This document shows, in pieces, positions 49,064 through 59,800 of a DNA stretch of 64,000 nucleotides (positions are counted from its first letter, which is position 1; every line of letters starts with the position of its first letter). The notes below the pieces were generated by a model. It saw only the letters and a list, made by a program, of their open reading frames with translations, was not told the origin of the DNA and searched no databases. The position numbers and the translations under genes were made by a program. Source of the stretch: an uncultured Chloroflexia bacterium (GTDB lineage: Bacteria > Chloroflexota > Limnocylindria > Limnocylindrales > CSP1-4); contig CAVYIM010000003.1 in assembly GCA_963768655.1 (NCBI GenBank), forward strand, positions 256,001 to 320,000, read 5' to 3'.

Positions 49064-49744
49064 TCAGCTGTTCCCAGCCTTCGGTTTCCGCAGAGTCCAG
49101 GGCAAGAAGTCGATCGCCAGGCCCACACAGAACGCGCCGACGGCGGTGCCGATCGCCGCCAGACCGTAGGCGCTGGCGGGGCGCAGCGGCGCGAGCGCGA
49201 TCGCGGCGAAGACGCCGACGGCGCCGCCGCAGTAAGCCAGCATGCCGATGGCTTGGACCAATCGATGGCGCCGCGACCAGTCGCCGCGCCAGTCATCGAC
49301 GCGGACGCCGGCGCTTGCGAGGGCCTCGACGAGGCGCGAGGCCTGCCAGGGCGGCACGTCGATCGCGTAGCCGCCCGGCCAGATGCGCCAGCGCGACCAG
49401 GCGACGTGGACGCACTCGACCCGCGGGCCCAGCTCGATGACCGCTGAGGGCACGCTGCCCGGCCGGCAGAACCATCGTCGCCGGCTCAGCTCGCGGCCAT
49501 CGACGCTCCACTCCGTCAGCGAGAGCGTGTTGGAGAGCCAGCCCACGAGCCACAGGAGCGGGTAGTAGGCCAGTATCCAGGCCGACCACCCGTACCCGAT
49601 GGCGAAAGCAAGCTCGCCGAGGCAACCCACGGCGACGTACCAGCCCACTCGTATCAGGATCGCTCGCCCGGTGCGCTCATTGAATTTGGCGGGGAATGCG
49701 GCGGGCTGGTCCTTCCCGTCCGCGATGTCTGCCGAGCCGATCAT
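49064..49744 (-). CDS. Hypothetical membrane protein, paralog family with 9659-10303
   Basis: TEWSVDGRELSRRRW..RPGS.P, DWRGDWSRRHR, IDFLPW; AGGAGG RBS. Confidence 0.8.
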   Translation of the reverse strand: MIGSADIADGKDQPAAFPAKFNERTGRAILIRVGWYVAVGCLGELAFAIGYGWSAWILAYYPLLWLVGWLSNTLSLTEWSVDGRELSRRRWFCRPGSVPSAVIELGPRVECVHVAWSRWRIWPGGYAIDVPPWQASRLVEALASAGVRVDDWRGDWSRRHRLVQAIGMLAYCGGAVGVFAAIALAPLRPASAYGLAAIGTAVGAFCVGLAIDFLPWTLRKPKAGNS

Positions 49745-49768
49745 GTGTCCCTCCTGCTCACGTGCCGG

Positions 49769-50437
49769 TCAGGCGTCCCGCGTCGATGGCTTCCTCATTC
49801 GCCAGGGCAGGAAGTCGATCGCCCAGCCAAGCATCATGAAGCCCCAGAACAGGCAGTACGCCTCGAAACCGACGGCCCGCAGCGGTCCCTGAGCGACCGT
49901 TACGAGCAGACCCGCACCGCCGATCAATGTCATCGGCACGGCCAGCCTGTCCAGTGTCCGATGCCGGCTCGCCCAGTCGCCGCGCCAGTCGATGACGCAA
50001 ACGCCGGCGCGCTCCATCGTGCTGATGAGGAACGCGGCTTGCCCTCGGGTGACGTAGATCGCGGGTCCGTGCGGCCTGATGCGCCAGCCGGACCTGGTCT
50101 CGTGGACGATCTCGAACTGCGGGCCGAGCTCCAGCACGGCGGCCGGCTCGCTGCCGGGCCGGGAGAGCCAGCCGCGGCGGCGCAGCTCCCGGCCTGCGAT
50201 GGTCCATTCCGTGGCCGATCCCAGGAGGACGAGCCACACTGCGACGATGACGAGGATCGGGATCAGCAGCATCACCGGGTCGACCCAATCGAACCCCTGG
50301 ACGATCAACGATCGAGCGCCGACGAATTCCAGGACGCCGGCCGCGACTGCACCGAGCCCGATCCACGCCAGGACACCGCGCCGCGTGCGCCCGCCCAGTC
50401 TCACCGGCTGATCTGCGGCGCCGCCCGAGTCGATCAC
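49769..50437 (-). CDS. Hypothetical membrane protein, same paralog family
   Basis: TEWTIAGRELRRRGWLSRPGSEP, DWRGDWASRHR, IDFLPW. Confidence 0.8.
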   Translation of the reverse strand: MIDSGGAADQPVRLGGRTRRGVLAWIGLGAVAAGVLEFVGARSLIVQGFDWVDPVMLLIPILVIVAVWLVLLGSATEWTIAGRELRRRGWLSRPGSEPAAVLELGPQFEIVHETRSGWRIRPHGPAIYVTRGQAAFLISTMERAGVCVIDWRGDWASRHRTLDRLAVPMTLIGGAGLLVTVAQGPLRAVGFEAYCLFWGFMMLGWAIDFLPWRMRKPSTRDA

Positions 50438-50583
50438 GTCTCCTCCCGCTCGTCTTGCCTGCCGGCCCAGGCTAGCATCCGCCGGCGCGCGACACCCCTG
50501 GACGAGTTATGTAGAACACCGGTCCAACCGCCAGGGCGTTTCGCCGGGGCCCGCCGAAGGGGGCTGGCTCTTGCGGCGGCACT

Positions 50584-52107
50584 TCACGCCAGGGGCCCGA
50601 CCTCCGCCTCCACCGCCTCGAGGATCTCGCCGGACTTCACGAGCTCCTTCATCCGGTTGTGGTCGGGGTAGAGCGGCCGGTCTTCCTCGAGGTGCGCGAC
50701 GTGCCGCCGCACGACGTCTCGCGCGACGGACACGCCCCGGCCGAAGGAGAAGTCACGGAAGTCGAGCGCCTGGGCCGCGGCCATGAACTCGATCCCGAGC
50801 ACGCCGTACGCGTTGTCGAGGATCTGGCCGTTCTTGATGGCCGTGTTCATGCCCATCGACACGAAGTCCTCCTGGTCGGCCGCGGCCGGGATGGACTGGA
50901 TCGAGGCCGGCGCCGACAGGATTCGCTGCTCGACGATGAGGTGATCCGCCGTGTACTGGCTGAGCATCAGGCCGGAGAACATGCCCGCGCCCTTCGTCAG
51001 GAACGCCGGTAGGCCGACGCTGAGAGCGGGGTTGGTCAACCGATTGAGGCGCCGCTCGGAGAGGACGCACACCATCGTCACCGCCGCGCCCACCATGTCC
51101 ATCGGCAGCGACACGGGGCTCCCCTGGAAGTTGGCGCCGGTGAGCGTGAGCCGGGCTTCGGGCAGGAAGATCGGGTTGTCGCCCACGCCGTTCAGCTCGG
51201 TCTCGACCTGCTTGCGCGCCCATTCCACCGCGTCGACCGCCGCGCCGATGACCTGGGGCGAGGCGCGCATCGAGTAGGCGTCCTGCACCTTCGTCTTCAT
51301 CTTCCCGGTGGCGATGTCGCTGCCCTCGATGCAGAGCATGATCGCCCGCGCGGCCTGCACGGCTCCCGGGAACCCCCGCAGCTCGTGGAGGCGGGTGTCG
51401 TAGGGCTTGAGGTTGGCGATGAGCGCCTCGAGCGCCATGGCGCAGGCGATCTCGGCCTGCTTGAGCCAGCGCGAGATGTCGTAGAGCTGGATCGCGCTCA
51501 TGGCCGTGAGGAGGTTGGAGCCGTTGATGGTAGCCAGGCCGTCGCGGGCCTGCAGACCCGGCACGGGGATCCCGGCGCGCTCCATGGCCACATGCCCGGG
51601 CAGCCGCTCACCGCGGTAGAACGCCTCGCCCTCGCCCATCAGGAGCAGCGCGGCCTGGGCCATCGGAGCGAGGTCGCCGCAGGCGCCCACGGAACCCTTC
51701 TGGCAGACGACCGGCGTGACGCCGCGGTTCAGCATCTCGACGAGCGTCAGCGTGATCTCCGGCCGGCACCCCGAATGCCCCCGCGCGTGCACGTTGATCC
51801 GGCCCGCCAGTGCCCCGCGCACCGACTCGATCGGCGCCGGATCCCCGATCCCGGCCGCGTGGTTGTAGATGAGGTAGCGCTGGAACTCGCGGACCTGCTC
51901 GTCGGAGAGGACGATCTCGGAGAACTCGCCGATGCCCGTGTTCGTCCCGTACATGACCTCTCGGGCCGCGAGCTTCTCCTCGAGCATGGTCCGGCAGGCA
52001 CGGATCCGCTCGAGCGCCGCCGGGTCGAGGGCGACCTCCTCGCCACCGCGGGCGATGCGGACGAGGCGGTCGATGGTGAGCGACGATCCGTCGAGGACCA
52101 TGGGCAT
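50584..52107 (-). CDS. Aromatic amino acid ammonia-lyase (HAL/PAL family), histidine ammonia-lyase-like
   Basis: YGTNTGIG, GSVGACGDLAP, VQDAYSMR, DNP, GANF, QEDFVSMG. Confidence 0.9.
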   Translation of the reverse strand: MPMVLDGSSLTIDRLVRIARGGEEVALDPAALERIRACRTMLEEKLAAREVMYGTNTGIGEFSEIVLSDEQVREFQRYLIYNHAAGIGDPAPIESVRGALAGRINVHARGHSGCRPEITLTLVEMLNRGVTPVVCQKGSVGACGDLAPMAQAALLLMGEGEAFYRGERLPGHVAMERAGIPVPGLQARDGLATINGSNLLTAMSAIQLYDISRWLKQAEIACAMALEALIANLKPYDTRLHELRGFPGAVQAARAIMLCIEGSDIATGKMKTKVQDAYSMRASPQVIGAAVDAVEWARKQVETELNGVGDNPIFLPEARLTLTGANFQGSPVSLPMDMVGAAVTMVCVLSERRLNRLTNPALSVGLPAFLTKGAGMFSGLMLSQYTADHLIVEQRILSAPASIQSIPAAADQEDFVSMGMNTAIKNGQILDNAYGVLGIEFMAAAQALDFRDFSFGRGVSVARDVVRRHVAHLEEDRPLYPDHNRMKELVKSGEILEAVEAEVGPLA

Positions 52108-52438
52108 GGCCGATCACTCCTGTCGGTTCGCGCCGCCTGGGAATCGCGGAGACTCCCGACGTTCCATCCAGGCGGCATCGGTAACTGTTGTCGACGATGG
52201 TAGGCCTCCTCGTCGGACTCGGCCGGCGGCGCACGTCCGCACGCTTGACCGAAGCGTCCGGTCCCGCTCGTCAGGCCGGCCGCCGCGGCGGGATCGCGCT
52301 GTCAACACATACCGCGCCCATTTCAGGACTTATGGAGGCCGGCGTGCTATGAATGGTTCGAGGGATGCGGGCGCAGCGTCTGCTTCCCCGCTTCCCGCTC
52401 TCCCGCCCAAAGGTGGGCGATAAGTCGAGGTGTTTCAC

Positions 52439-53458
52439 ATGAAGGCTTCCCTCTCGCGCTGGCGCCTCCTCCCGCTGATCGGGGCGCTGATGCTCGCGGG
52501 CGTCGCCTCCGTCGCGTTTGCTCTGGGCGTCTCCTCTGGAGGTTCGAACTCCGCCATTGCGGCCCAACCGACGACCATTCCGGGCCATCCCGAGCTCGGG
52601 CCCGGCTGGACGGCCCCCGGTGGCTTCCAGGGGTCGGTCGGCCAGGTGGCGATAGCGATCACGAAGATCGACGGCAGCGACCTCTCGCTGCAGACGACCG
52701 ACGGCTGGACGCGGACGATCGACGCGACCGGCGCCACGATCACTGAGGGCGGACAGACGATCACCGTTGCGGACCTGAAGGTTGGCGACCAGATCACCTT
52801 CCGTGAGGCTCGTCAGTCCGACGGCACCTACAAGATCACGACGATTCAGGTTCTCCTGCCCACGGCCTCGGGGACGGTCACGGCAGTCAGTTCGGGCTCT
52901 GTGACGATCACCCAATTCGACGGCTCGTCGAAGACGCTGACGCTGACCGGATCCACCACCTACACCCAGGCCGGCGCCACCGTTACGGCGAGCGCGCTGG
53001 TCGTCGGTGTGCGGATCTCGGCCCAGGGCACGGTCGACTCGGCCGGTAACTTCACCGCCACGGCCGTGACGATCTCGCCGTCCTCGGTCCAGGGCACGGT
53101 CGCCAGCAAGACGGCCACGACGATCGTGGTGACGACAACGGCCGGCAAGACGGTCACGGTCGACGTCTCGTCCGCGACCAAGTACTCGGTCCGTGGCGTC
53201 TCTACCCCGACCCTCGACAACGTCGCCGTCGGCGACCGGATCATGGCGCAGGGCACGCTCAACGCCGACGGCTCGCTCACCGCGACGATGGTCCAGGCGA
53301 GCCCGAACGATCAGCCCGGCTTCGGCGGTGGCGGCGGTAACGGCCCGGGCGGTGGCGGGCGCGGCTTCGGCGGCTTCGGCGGCCGGGGCGGTTTCGGTGG
53401 TGGATACGGCCGCCCGAGCCCCGCGCCATCCCCGGCCGCGTCGGGTGCGAGCCTCTAG
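52439..53458 (+). CDS. Secreted DUF5666-like repeat protein
   Basis: Signal/TM; three repeats with L.VG.RI.AQGT...DGS.TAT.V; Gly-rich tail. Confidence 0.8.
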   Translation: MKASLSRWRLLPLIGALMLAGVASVAFALGVSSGGSNSAIAAQPTTIPGHPELGPGWTAPGGFQGSVGQVAIAITKIDGSDLSLQTTDGWTRTIDATGATITEGGQTITVADLKVGDQITFREARQSDGTYKITTIQVLLPTASGTVTAVSSGSVTITQFDGSSKTLTLTGSTTYTQAGATVTASALVVGVRISAQGTVDSAGNFTATAVTISPSSVQGTVASKTATTIVVTTTAGKTVTVDVSSATKYSVRGVSTPTLDNVAVGDRIMAQGTLNADGSLTATMVQASPNDQPGFGGGGGNGPGGGGRGFGGFGGRGGFGGGYGRPSPAPSPAASGASL

Positions 53459-54132
53459 TCGCTCCGGAGACGCCGGCCCTTCCGGCCCGGCGGCCGCGCC
53501 CGACCAGAATTGGGACTCCAGGCCTGGCGCGGCCGCCGGAGTGGATCTAGCAGCGGCGGGCTGGGAGGCAGCCGTCCATCCGGGATTCGCCGGCTGTCCA
53601 GCCTGAGTTTCTTGCAGATACGCCCGCCAGGCGTGCTGTCCGCGACCCGACCTGTTCGAGGCGAGACAGACGAGCCTCAACGGGGGTCGACCCACGCTCA
53701 GCCGAACGTGATCAGGCAGTCGCGGGGACGGTAACCCGGGGCGCCAGGCGCAGAATGCGCGGCCAACACGCCCACGGGGCGTAACTGACGGAAACGAAGC
53801 CGCTTCGGCCCGGGTGGCCGGACATGCCCGAGCGCGGGCCGCTACCCCGGTCGGGGCTCGTGGAGTCCTCGGAAGGCTCAGGGGCGGGCGGCTTGCGATT
53901 TGTCGGGAAACACGATCCCCGAGCTCTCCGGCGTGGTGTGGCGGCTGAGATTGCCCCGCCGTCGAGCGCGGCGCTCAACAGGTTGCCGCCTTCGGTCCAG
54001 TACAACATGGGGTCGGACCCATTCGAGCCGGACCGCATAACACCCCTGGCCGTGGAGGTGTTGCAAAGGCCGCGGCCAATTCGAGTTGATAGGGGCCGAT
54101 GGGCCGGCCGCCGGTTCGCGAGCCTGCGGCGT

Positions 54133-54162
54133 TTGACCGTTCTCGTGACTCGCCGCCAGAAT
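54133..54162 (+). promoter_or_regulatory. Sigma70-like promoter, probably leaderless transcript
   Basis: TTGACC-N18-CAGAAT ending 5 nt before ATG 54168; no RBS. Confidence 0.45.
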
Positions 54163-54167
54163 CATTT

Positions 54168-55868
54168 ATGGCCCTGCTGATCGTTGTCGCCTTCATCGCG
54201 GGACTCGCGACCGCCGTCTCCCCCTGCGTGCTGCCGATCCTGCCGATCGTCCTGGCGACCGGGGCGGATGGCGACAGGCGCCGGCCGTACCTCGTGATCG
54301 CGGGACTCATCGCCAGCTTCTCGTTCTTCACGCTGGCCAGCGTCCAGATCATCGACACCCTGAACCTGCCGAGCTCGACGCTGCGCGACGCGGCCATCGT
54401 CGTCATCGCGGGCTTCGGGCTGACGCTGCTCGTGCCCGCTCTCGCGGTCGCGTGGGAACGTGCCACCGCTCGCATCCCGGCGGTCGGCGCGAGCCTGGCG
54501 AGGCCCGGAGTCGCGGGCGGCCTGATCACGGGAGTCGGCCTGGGCCTGGTCTGGACGCCCTGCGCCGGGCCGATTCTCGGCGCCATCACCAGCCTTGCGG
54601 TGACCGCGCCGGGCTCGACGGCGACGCTGGCGCTGGTCATCGCGTATGCCATCGGCGCCGGCCTGCCTCTGCTGGCGATCGCCCTGGGCGGGCGGGCGGC
54701 GCTGGCGCGGCTCCACCTTCGCTCCGCTTCGGCCCGGGCCGGCCGCGTCTTCGGCATCCTGGTTCTGGCGACCGCAGGCCTGATGGCCGTCGGCGCCGAC
54801 ACGACGATCTCAGCCGATCTGACGAGCGCGCTGCCCGACTGGACCGGCACGCTGCAGACGCTCGAACGGTCGAACCCTGTTCAGGCGGCTCTGGGCGACC
54901 TGGGCGTGGGCTCGGGCGGCAGCCAGGCTTCCGATCAGGCGAACGGCGCGCTCGCGCCCGACTTCACCGGCATCGACCACTGGCTCAACTCGCCGCCGCT
55001 GACCATGGCCGGCCTGCGGGGCAAAGTGGTGCTGGTCGACTTCTGGACCTACTCCTGCATCAACTGCATCCGGACCCTGCCCTACCTCGAGAGTTGGTAC
55101 CAGAAGTACGGCCCCGACGGCTTCGTCGTGGTCGGCGTGCACACGCCCGAGTTCGCTTTCGAGCACGACACCTCGAACGTGGCCGCCGCGATCGCCCGGT
55201 TCGGCATCACGTATCCAGTCGCCCAGGACAACGAGTACGCCACCTGGACCGCGTACAACAACGAGTACTGGCCGGCGGACTACCTGATCGACACCACCGG
55301 CCATATCCGAGACACCCACTTCGGCGAAGGGGACTACCTCCAGACGGAGGCCGAGATCCGAAGCCTCCTGAACGAGGCTGGCCAGTCCGCGCTCCCGAGT
55401 CCGGCCCCCTCGGCAGCCGCGCCGCCTTTCGTCGCGGGCGAGACGCCGGAAACCTATCTCGGCACCAATCGGGCCGAAGCCTTCGCCGGTCCGGGTGTGC
55501 CGCCGGCCGGCAAGGGGCAGTTCTCGTTCCCGAGCCAGCTGCCGGACAGCCAGTTCGCGGTCTCGGGGAGCTTCGACTTCCAGCCCGAATACGTCGTCGC
55601 TTCGGCAGCCGGTGACCGGCTCGAGATGTCCTTCATGGCTCGCGACGTCTACCTGGTGATGGCCGCCGACTCCCCTGTGCACGCCACCGTGACGGTCACC
55701 GGGGCCCAGACCAGCCCGACCGAAGACGTGAGCGCCAGCGGCGCAATGGTCATTGGCCAGGCCCGCCTGTACCACCTTGTCCACCTGGATTCCGATGCCT
55801 GGGGCGTGGTAACCATCACCTTCAACGGCCCGGGCGCGCGCGCCTATGCCTTCACGTTCGGCGGCTGA
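54168..55868 (+). CDS. dipZ: DipZ: CcdA/DsbD membrane domain plus thioredoxin domain
   Basis: SPCVLPILP, WTPCAGPILG, DFWTYSCINC, GVHTPEF, TPETYLG. Confidence 0.92.
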   Translation: MALLIVVAFIAGLATAVSPCVLPILPIVLATGADGDRRRPYLVIAGLIASFSFFTLASVQIIDTLNLPSSTLRDAAIVVIAGFGLTLLVPALAVAWERATARIPAVGASLARPGVAGGLITGVGLGLVWTPCAGPILGAITSLAVTAPGSTATLALVIAYAIGAGLPLLAIALGGRAALARLHLRSASARAGRVFGILVLATAGLMAVGADTTISADLTSALPDWTGTLQTLERSNPVQAALGDLGVGSGGSQASDQANGALAPDFTGIDHWLNSPPLTMAGLRGKVVLVDFWTYSCINCIRTLPYLESWYQKYGPDGFVVVGVHTPEFAFEHDTSNVAAAIARFGITYPVAQDNEYATWTAYNNEYWPADYLIDTTGHIRDTHFGEGDYLQTEAEIRSLLNEAGQSALPSPAPSAAAPPFVAGETPETYLGTNRAEAFAGPGVPPAGKGQFSFPSQLPDSQFAVSGSFDFQPEYVVASAAGDRLEMSFMARDVYLVMAADSPVHATVTVTGAQTSPTEDVSASGAMVIGQARLYHLVHLDSDAWGVVTITFNGPGARAYAFTFGG

Positions 55869-55895
55869 CACGGCCGACCCGAGCTGACCGCCGTT

Positions 55896-55975
55896 CGGCG
55901 GCCCGGTCTTCGGCGGCCGGGTCTTCGGCGGCCTGGTTCCGGGCGGCCCGGTCTTCGGCGGCCTGGTTCCGGGCG
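55896..55975. repeat. Tandem 15-bp repeats (GGCGGCC.GGT..) x5
   Basis: Read directly from the intergenic sequence. Confidence 0.75.
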
Positions 55976-56091
55976 CGCCGGCGGGTCGCAACCGTATAGA
56001 CTGGCAGTGGTCGTCGCGGAGTCGGTGAGGGAGGGTTAGTCAGGGTGGAGGATGGTCTGGGCCACAGCTCGGCCACGCCTCTGGAGCGGCG

Positions 56092-56664
56092 GTGAGCATC
56101 TACGACGAACCCGAACCGTATGTGAGTCCGGGGATGCGGCGCGCCCGGCGAACGCTCAACGCCGTTCTCGCCACGGCGATCGCGATCGCCGTCGTCGTCG
56201 GCTCCGTGGCCGTCGCGCGGTTCGGCGCCGCGGCCATTCTCGGCCAGTGCGCACCGCCATGGCTGGCCGGGACAGACCCTCAAATCTGTCTCAACGCCCA
56301 GATCAGCCAGGGGATCCTCTTCGTGTCCGGCAACACGAGCCTGACCGACGGGGCCGTCATCCAGGTCTGGGCGGACGACTACGGCACCGGCCCCGATGAG
56401 CATTGGGGCACCGACTCGGCCGGCCTCAGCGTCACGGGCGGGACTTTCACCCAGAGCTTCGACGTGTCCGATTGGGGACCCGGCACGGTGACGGTCACCG
56501 CCCTGTTCGAGATCGGTTCCGGTCAGCCGCAGGCAGTCATCGACCGCTACGGGCCGAACGGCGAAAGACTGAGCGGGCCCGATGTCGTGCTCGACACGAG
56601 TGGCGGCGAGCCGCCGCCGCAGGCCGTGCAGGTGTCGACCGACGTGGACCTCTCGGCGGGGTAG
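56092..56664 (+). CDS. Hypothetical membrane-anchored protein
   Basis: GGAG RBS, single TM, acidic beta-rich domain (QPQAVIDRYGPNGE.L.G). Confidence 0.75.
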   Translation: MSIYDEPEPYVSPGMRRARRTLNAVLATAIAIAVVVGSVAVARFGAAAILGQCAPPWLAGTDPQICLNAQISQGILFVSGNTSLTDGAVIQVWADDYGTGPDEHWGTDSAGLSVTGGTFTQSFDVSDWGPGTVTVTALFEIGSGQPQAVIDRYGPNGERLSGPDVVLDTSGGEPPPQAVQVSTDVDLSAG

Positions 56665-56887
56665 CCCGGGCCGCTCCTGCCACGAGGCACAGGTCCGCGA
56701 AACCCGGTCTACGGGAGTAGGCCGCGACTGGCTCGAATTGTCCATTGCGGCTTCTTCGCCGCGGCCGGAACATCCCACTCGTCGTGGCGTCCCGCGACGT
56801 CGTTCGAGGCCGTGGAGGCGACCCCGCCGCTCGCGGGCGGAACCGGGACGCGCGGCCGGCGCGCGAGTCCCAGGGCGGAGGCGCGAA

Positions 56888-59800
56888 ATGACCTTGGCGC
56901 GGTTGATCCGAGTGGCCGTGGCGCTGACGGCGGTTGTCGCCCTGACAGCCCCTGCCGCCGCTTGGGGCGCCGAGCCCGCCGGAAAGGCTTCGACCGACAT
57001 CGCTTCGGCCCAGGCTCCGGCGACGCCGGCCCAGGCTCCGGCGACGCCGGCCCAGGTTTCCGCCACGCTGGCCCAGGCTCCGGCCGCTCCGGTCGAGTCT
57101 TCGGCCGTGCCTGCCGCGGCTTCTCCGGACGAGGCCGCCCCGGCCCAGGCTTCGGTGGCCCTGGTCCAGTCTTGGGCGACCCCGGCCCCGCCTGCGCGGT
57201 CCGCCGACTCCGACGCCGTCAGCCTCACCGGCACGCTCCGTCTGACGATCGCCGACGATTTCGAGGACGGCAGCTCTCAAACTGCCTACTCGATCGACAA
57301 TGCCGCCGGATCCACGCCGATCACCGTTTCGGGAACTGGCGTCGACCAGCTCGACGGCGCTCTGGTCCACGTCTCAGGCCGCAGGCTGGCCGACGGCAGC
57401 GTGGCCGTCCAGGCCGGTTCGATCGTCGTCGAGAAGACCGCCGCCGCCAACCCGGACGCAGCCGCCCTCGGCTTCGAGAGCCAGGCGGACGGCGCCTCGC
57501 CGGCCGCCGCCAAGACTCAGACCATCGCCGTCATCGTCGCGGACTATTCGGACCTGGCCGGCTATCCCGTGACCGTGGCCCAGGCGCAGAGCACCTTCAC
57601 TAGCTCATCGGCGTCGGTCCATTCCTACTTCAACGCCACTTCGCGCGGCCGCCTGAACACCACGACGACGGTTCTCGGCCCCTGGCATCTGGGGATCAAG
57701 CAATGCCCCGGTGGCGCGACGAGCTGGTCGCTCGCCGCCTCGATCAGCGCCGCTTTCACGGCCGCCACGGCGCACGGGTACAACCTGAACTCGTACGACC
57801 ACGTCGTGCTCTGGACCAAGGCGCCGTGCCAGCAGACCTGGGCGGGTACGGCGCAGATGCCGGGCAAGTACGTCCAGATCGACGTGGAATGGGCGACCTA
57901 CACCAGCGACGAACCTGCGGTCTCGACGATGGTGGCCTCGCACGAACTGGGCCACAACCTGGGTCTGGACCACTCCAATGGCCTGGGATGTTTCGACGCA
58001 TCCGGCAATCAAGTCGAGCTCGTCGGCAAGTGCACGAGCTACGAGTACATGGATGAGTACACAACGATGGGGATGGCGGGGGCACCCGATCACGCCCTGC
58101 TCGACGCCGACCGCCTCGATTCCCTCGGCTGGCTGGACCCGAGTAAATCCCGGACTGTGACCGCGGTCGGCACTTACTCCCTCGTGCCCGTCTACTCGAG
58201 CACTCCCGGAGTCCGCCTGCTTCGGATCGCCAGACCGACCGCCGTCGTCGCCGGCGGACAGTCCGGCGCGTGGACACTGGAGCTGCGGTCCACGCTGACC
58301 GGGACGGCCTGGGACCAGTTCGCCGGCCTGCCGTATTCAGCCGTGACGACCGGCGTAACGATTCGCTACTCGGAGGACGAGTTCCGTGCGGAGGGCGTAC
58401 CGGGTCAGAGCTACCTGATCGACACTGTCGCCGACGGCAGCGAAACCGACGGCATCTCCTTCTGGGACGCGCCGCTGCAACCCGGGAACACCTTCACCGA
58501 CCCGATCGGCGGCCTCACCATCACGGTCGACTCCGTGGGCGCCTCCGGCGCCTCGGTGACCATCGGCGACACCATGGCGCCGACGGCTCCGCTGTCGCTC
58601 GAGGCCACGGCGATCCCGACCGGCGGCGCCGAGCTCGACTGGCAGGCCGCGACCGACAACCTGGGCCTGGCCCACTACGCGATCTACAGGGACGGCACGA
58701 AGATCGGAGAGGTGTCGGCCACGACCCTGACGTACACCGACCCGCCGGCGGGCTTCGGTGGGCTTCACACATACGCCGTGGCCGCGGTTGACACCGCCGG
58801 TCTGCAGGGTGCCCTCGCGACCGCCAGTGTCACGCTGGTGCCACCGCCCTCCGCGCCGCTCTCAGTAACTGCGACGCCCGGCAACGGAGCGGCTCTGGTG
58901 AAGTGGAGCGCCCCGGCCCAGGGCGCACCGATCACCGGCTATGAGGTGACTTCCCAACCCGGCGGCCGGACCTGCTCCACGACCGGCGCCACGAGTTGCA
59001 TCGTCGCCGGGCTCAGCAACGGAACGCCCTACAGGTTCACCGTCACGGCCACCAACTCCGTCGGCACCGGGCCCGCCTCGAGCGCCAGCGGCCCCGTCAC
59101 GCCGTTGCCAGTCCCGGGCCGCCCAACCGCCGTCTCGGGCGTGCCCGGCGATACAAGCGTCGCCGTGACCTGGACCGCGCCCGGGGATTCGGGCTCGAGC
59201 CCGATCGATGGCTACACCGTCACTTCGTCGCCGGGTGGCAAGACGTGCACAGCGGGCCTCACGCCCGGCTGCACCGTGTCTCAGCTGAACGACGGCGTGC
59301 CCTACACGTTCACGGTCACTGCCGCCAACAGCCTGGGCGCGGGACTGCCGTCCGCTCCGTCGTCCGCGGTGACGCCACGGACTCACCCGAACCCTCCGGC
59401 CGGCGTCCAGGCGGTCGCGTCCAACGGCTCGGCACTGGTGTCCTGGGGCCCGCCGCCCTTCGACGGCGGCAGCCCGGTGACCTCGTACGACGTCGTCTCC
59501 ACGCCTGGCGGACTGAGGTGCCACACGGTGGGAGCGCGCTCGTGCACGGTGTCGGGTCTGACGAATCGGGTCACCTACACATTCAAGGTCACGGCCACCA
59601 ACGTCGCCGGGACGAGCGGCCCATCCGCCGCCTCGCCCGGCGTGATGCCACTCGCCGGAGCCACGTACGTGACCGTCACTCCGAACCGGCTGGTGGACTC
59701 CAGGGCGGGCACGCGCCTCGGGCTCACCGCGTCACTCAGCAACAGGGTCCCGGTCTCATTCCAGGTCACGGGCCGCTCAGCCGACCCGAGCCTGAACATC

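Noticed and set aside
52108-52260. GCCGCCTGG/CCAGGCGGC hairpin in the ammonia-lyase leader as an attenuator
   Set aside because: No His- or aromatic-rich leader peptide and no U-tract.
53712-54038. 108-aa minus-strand ORF in the gap before dipZ
   Set aside because: Low-information sequence with a weak RBS and no motif.
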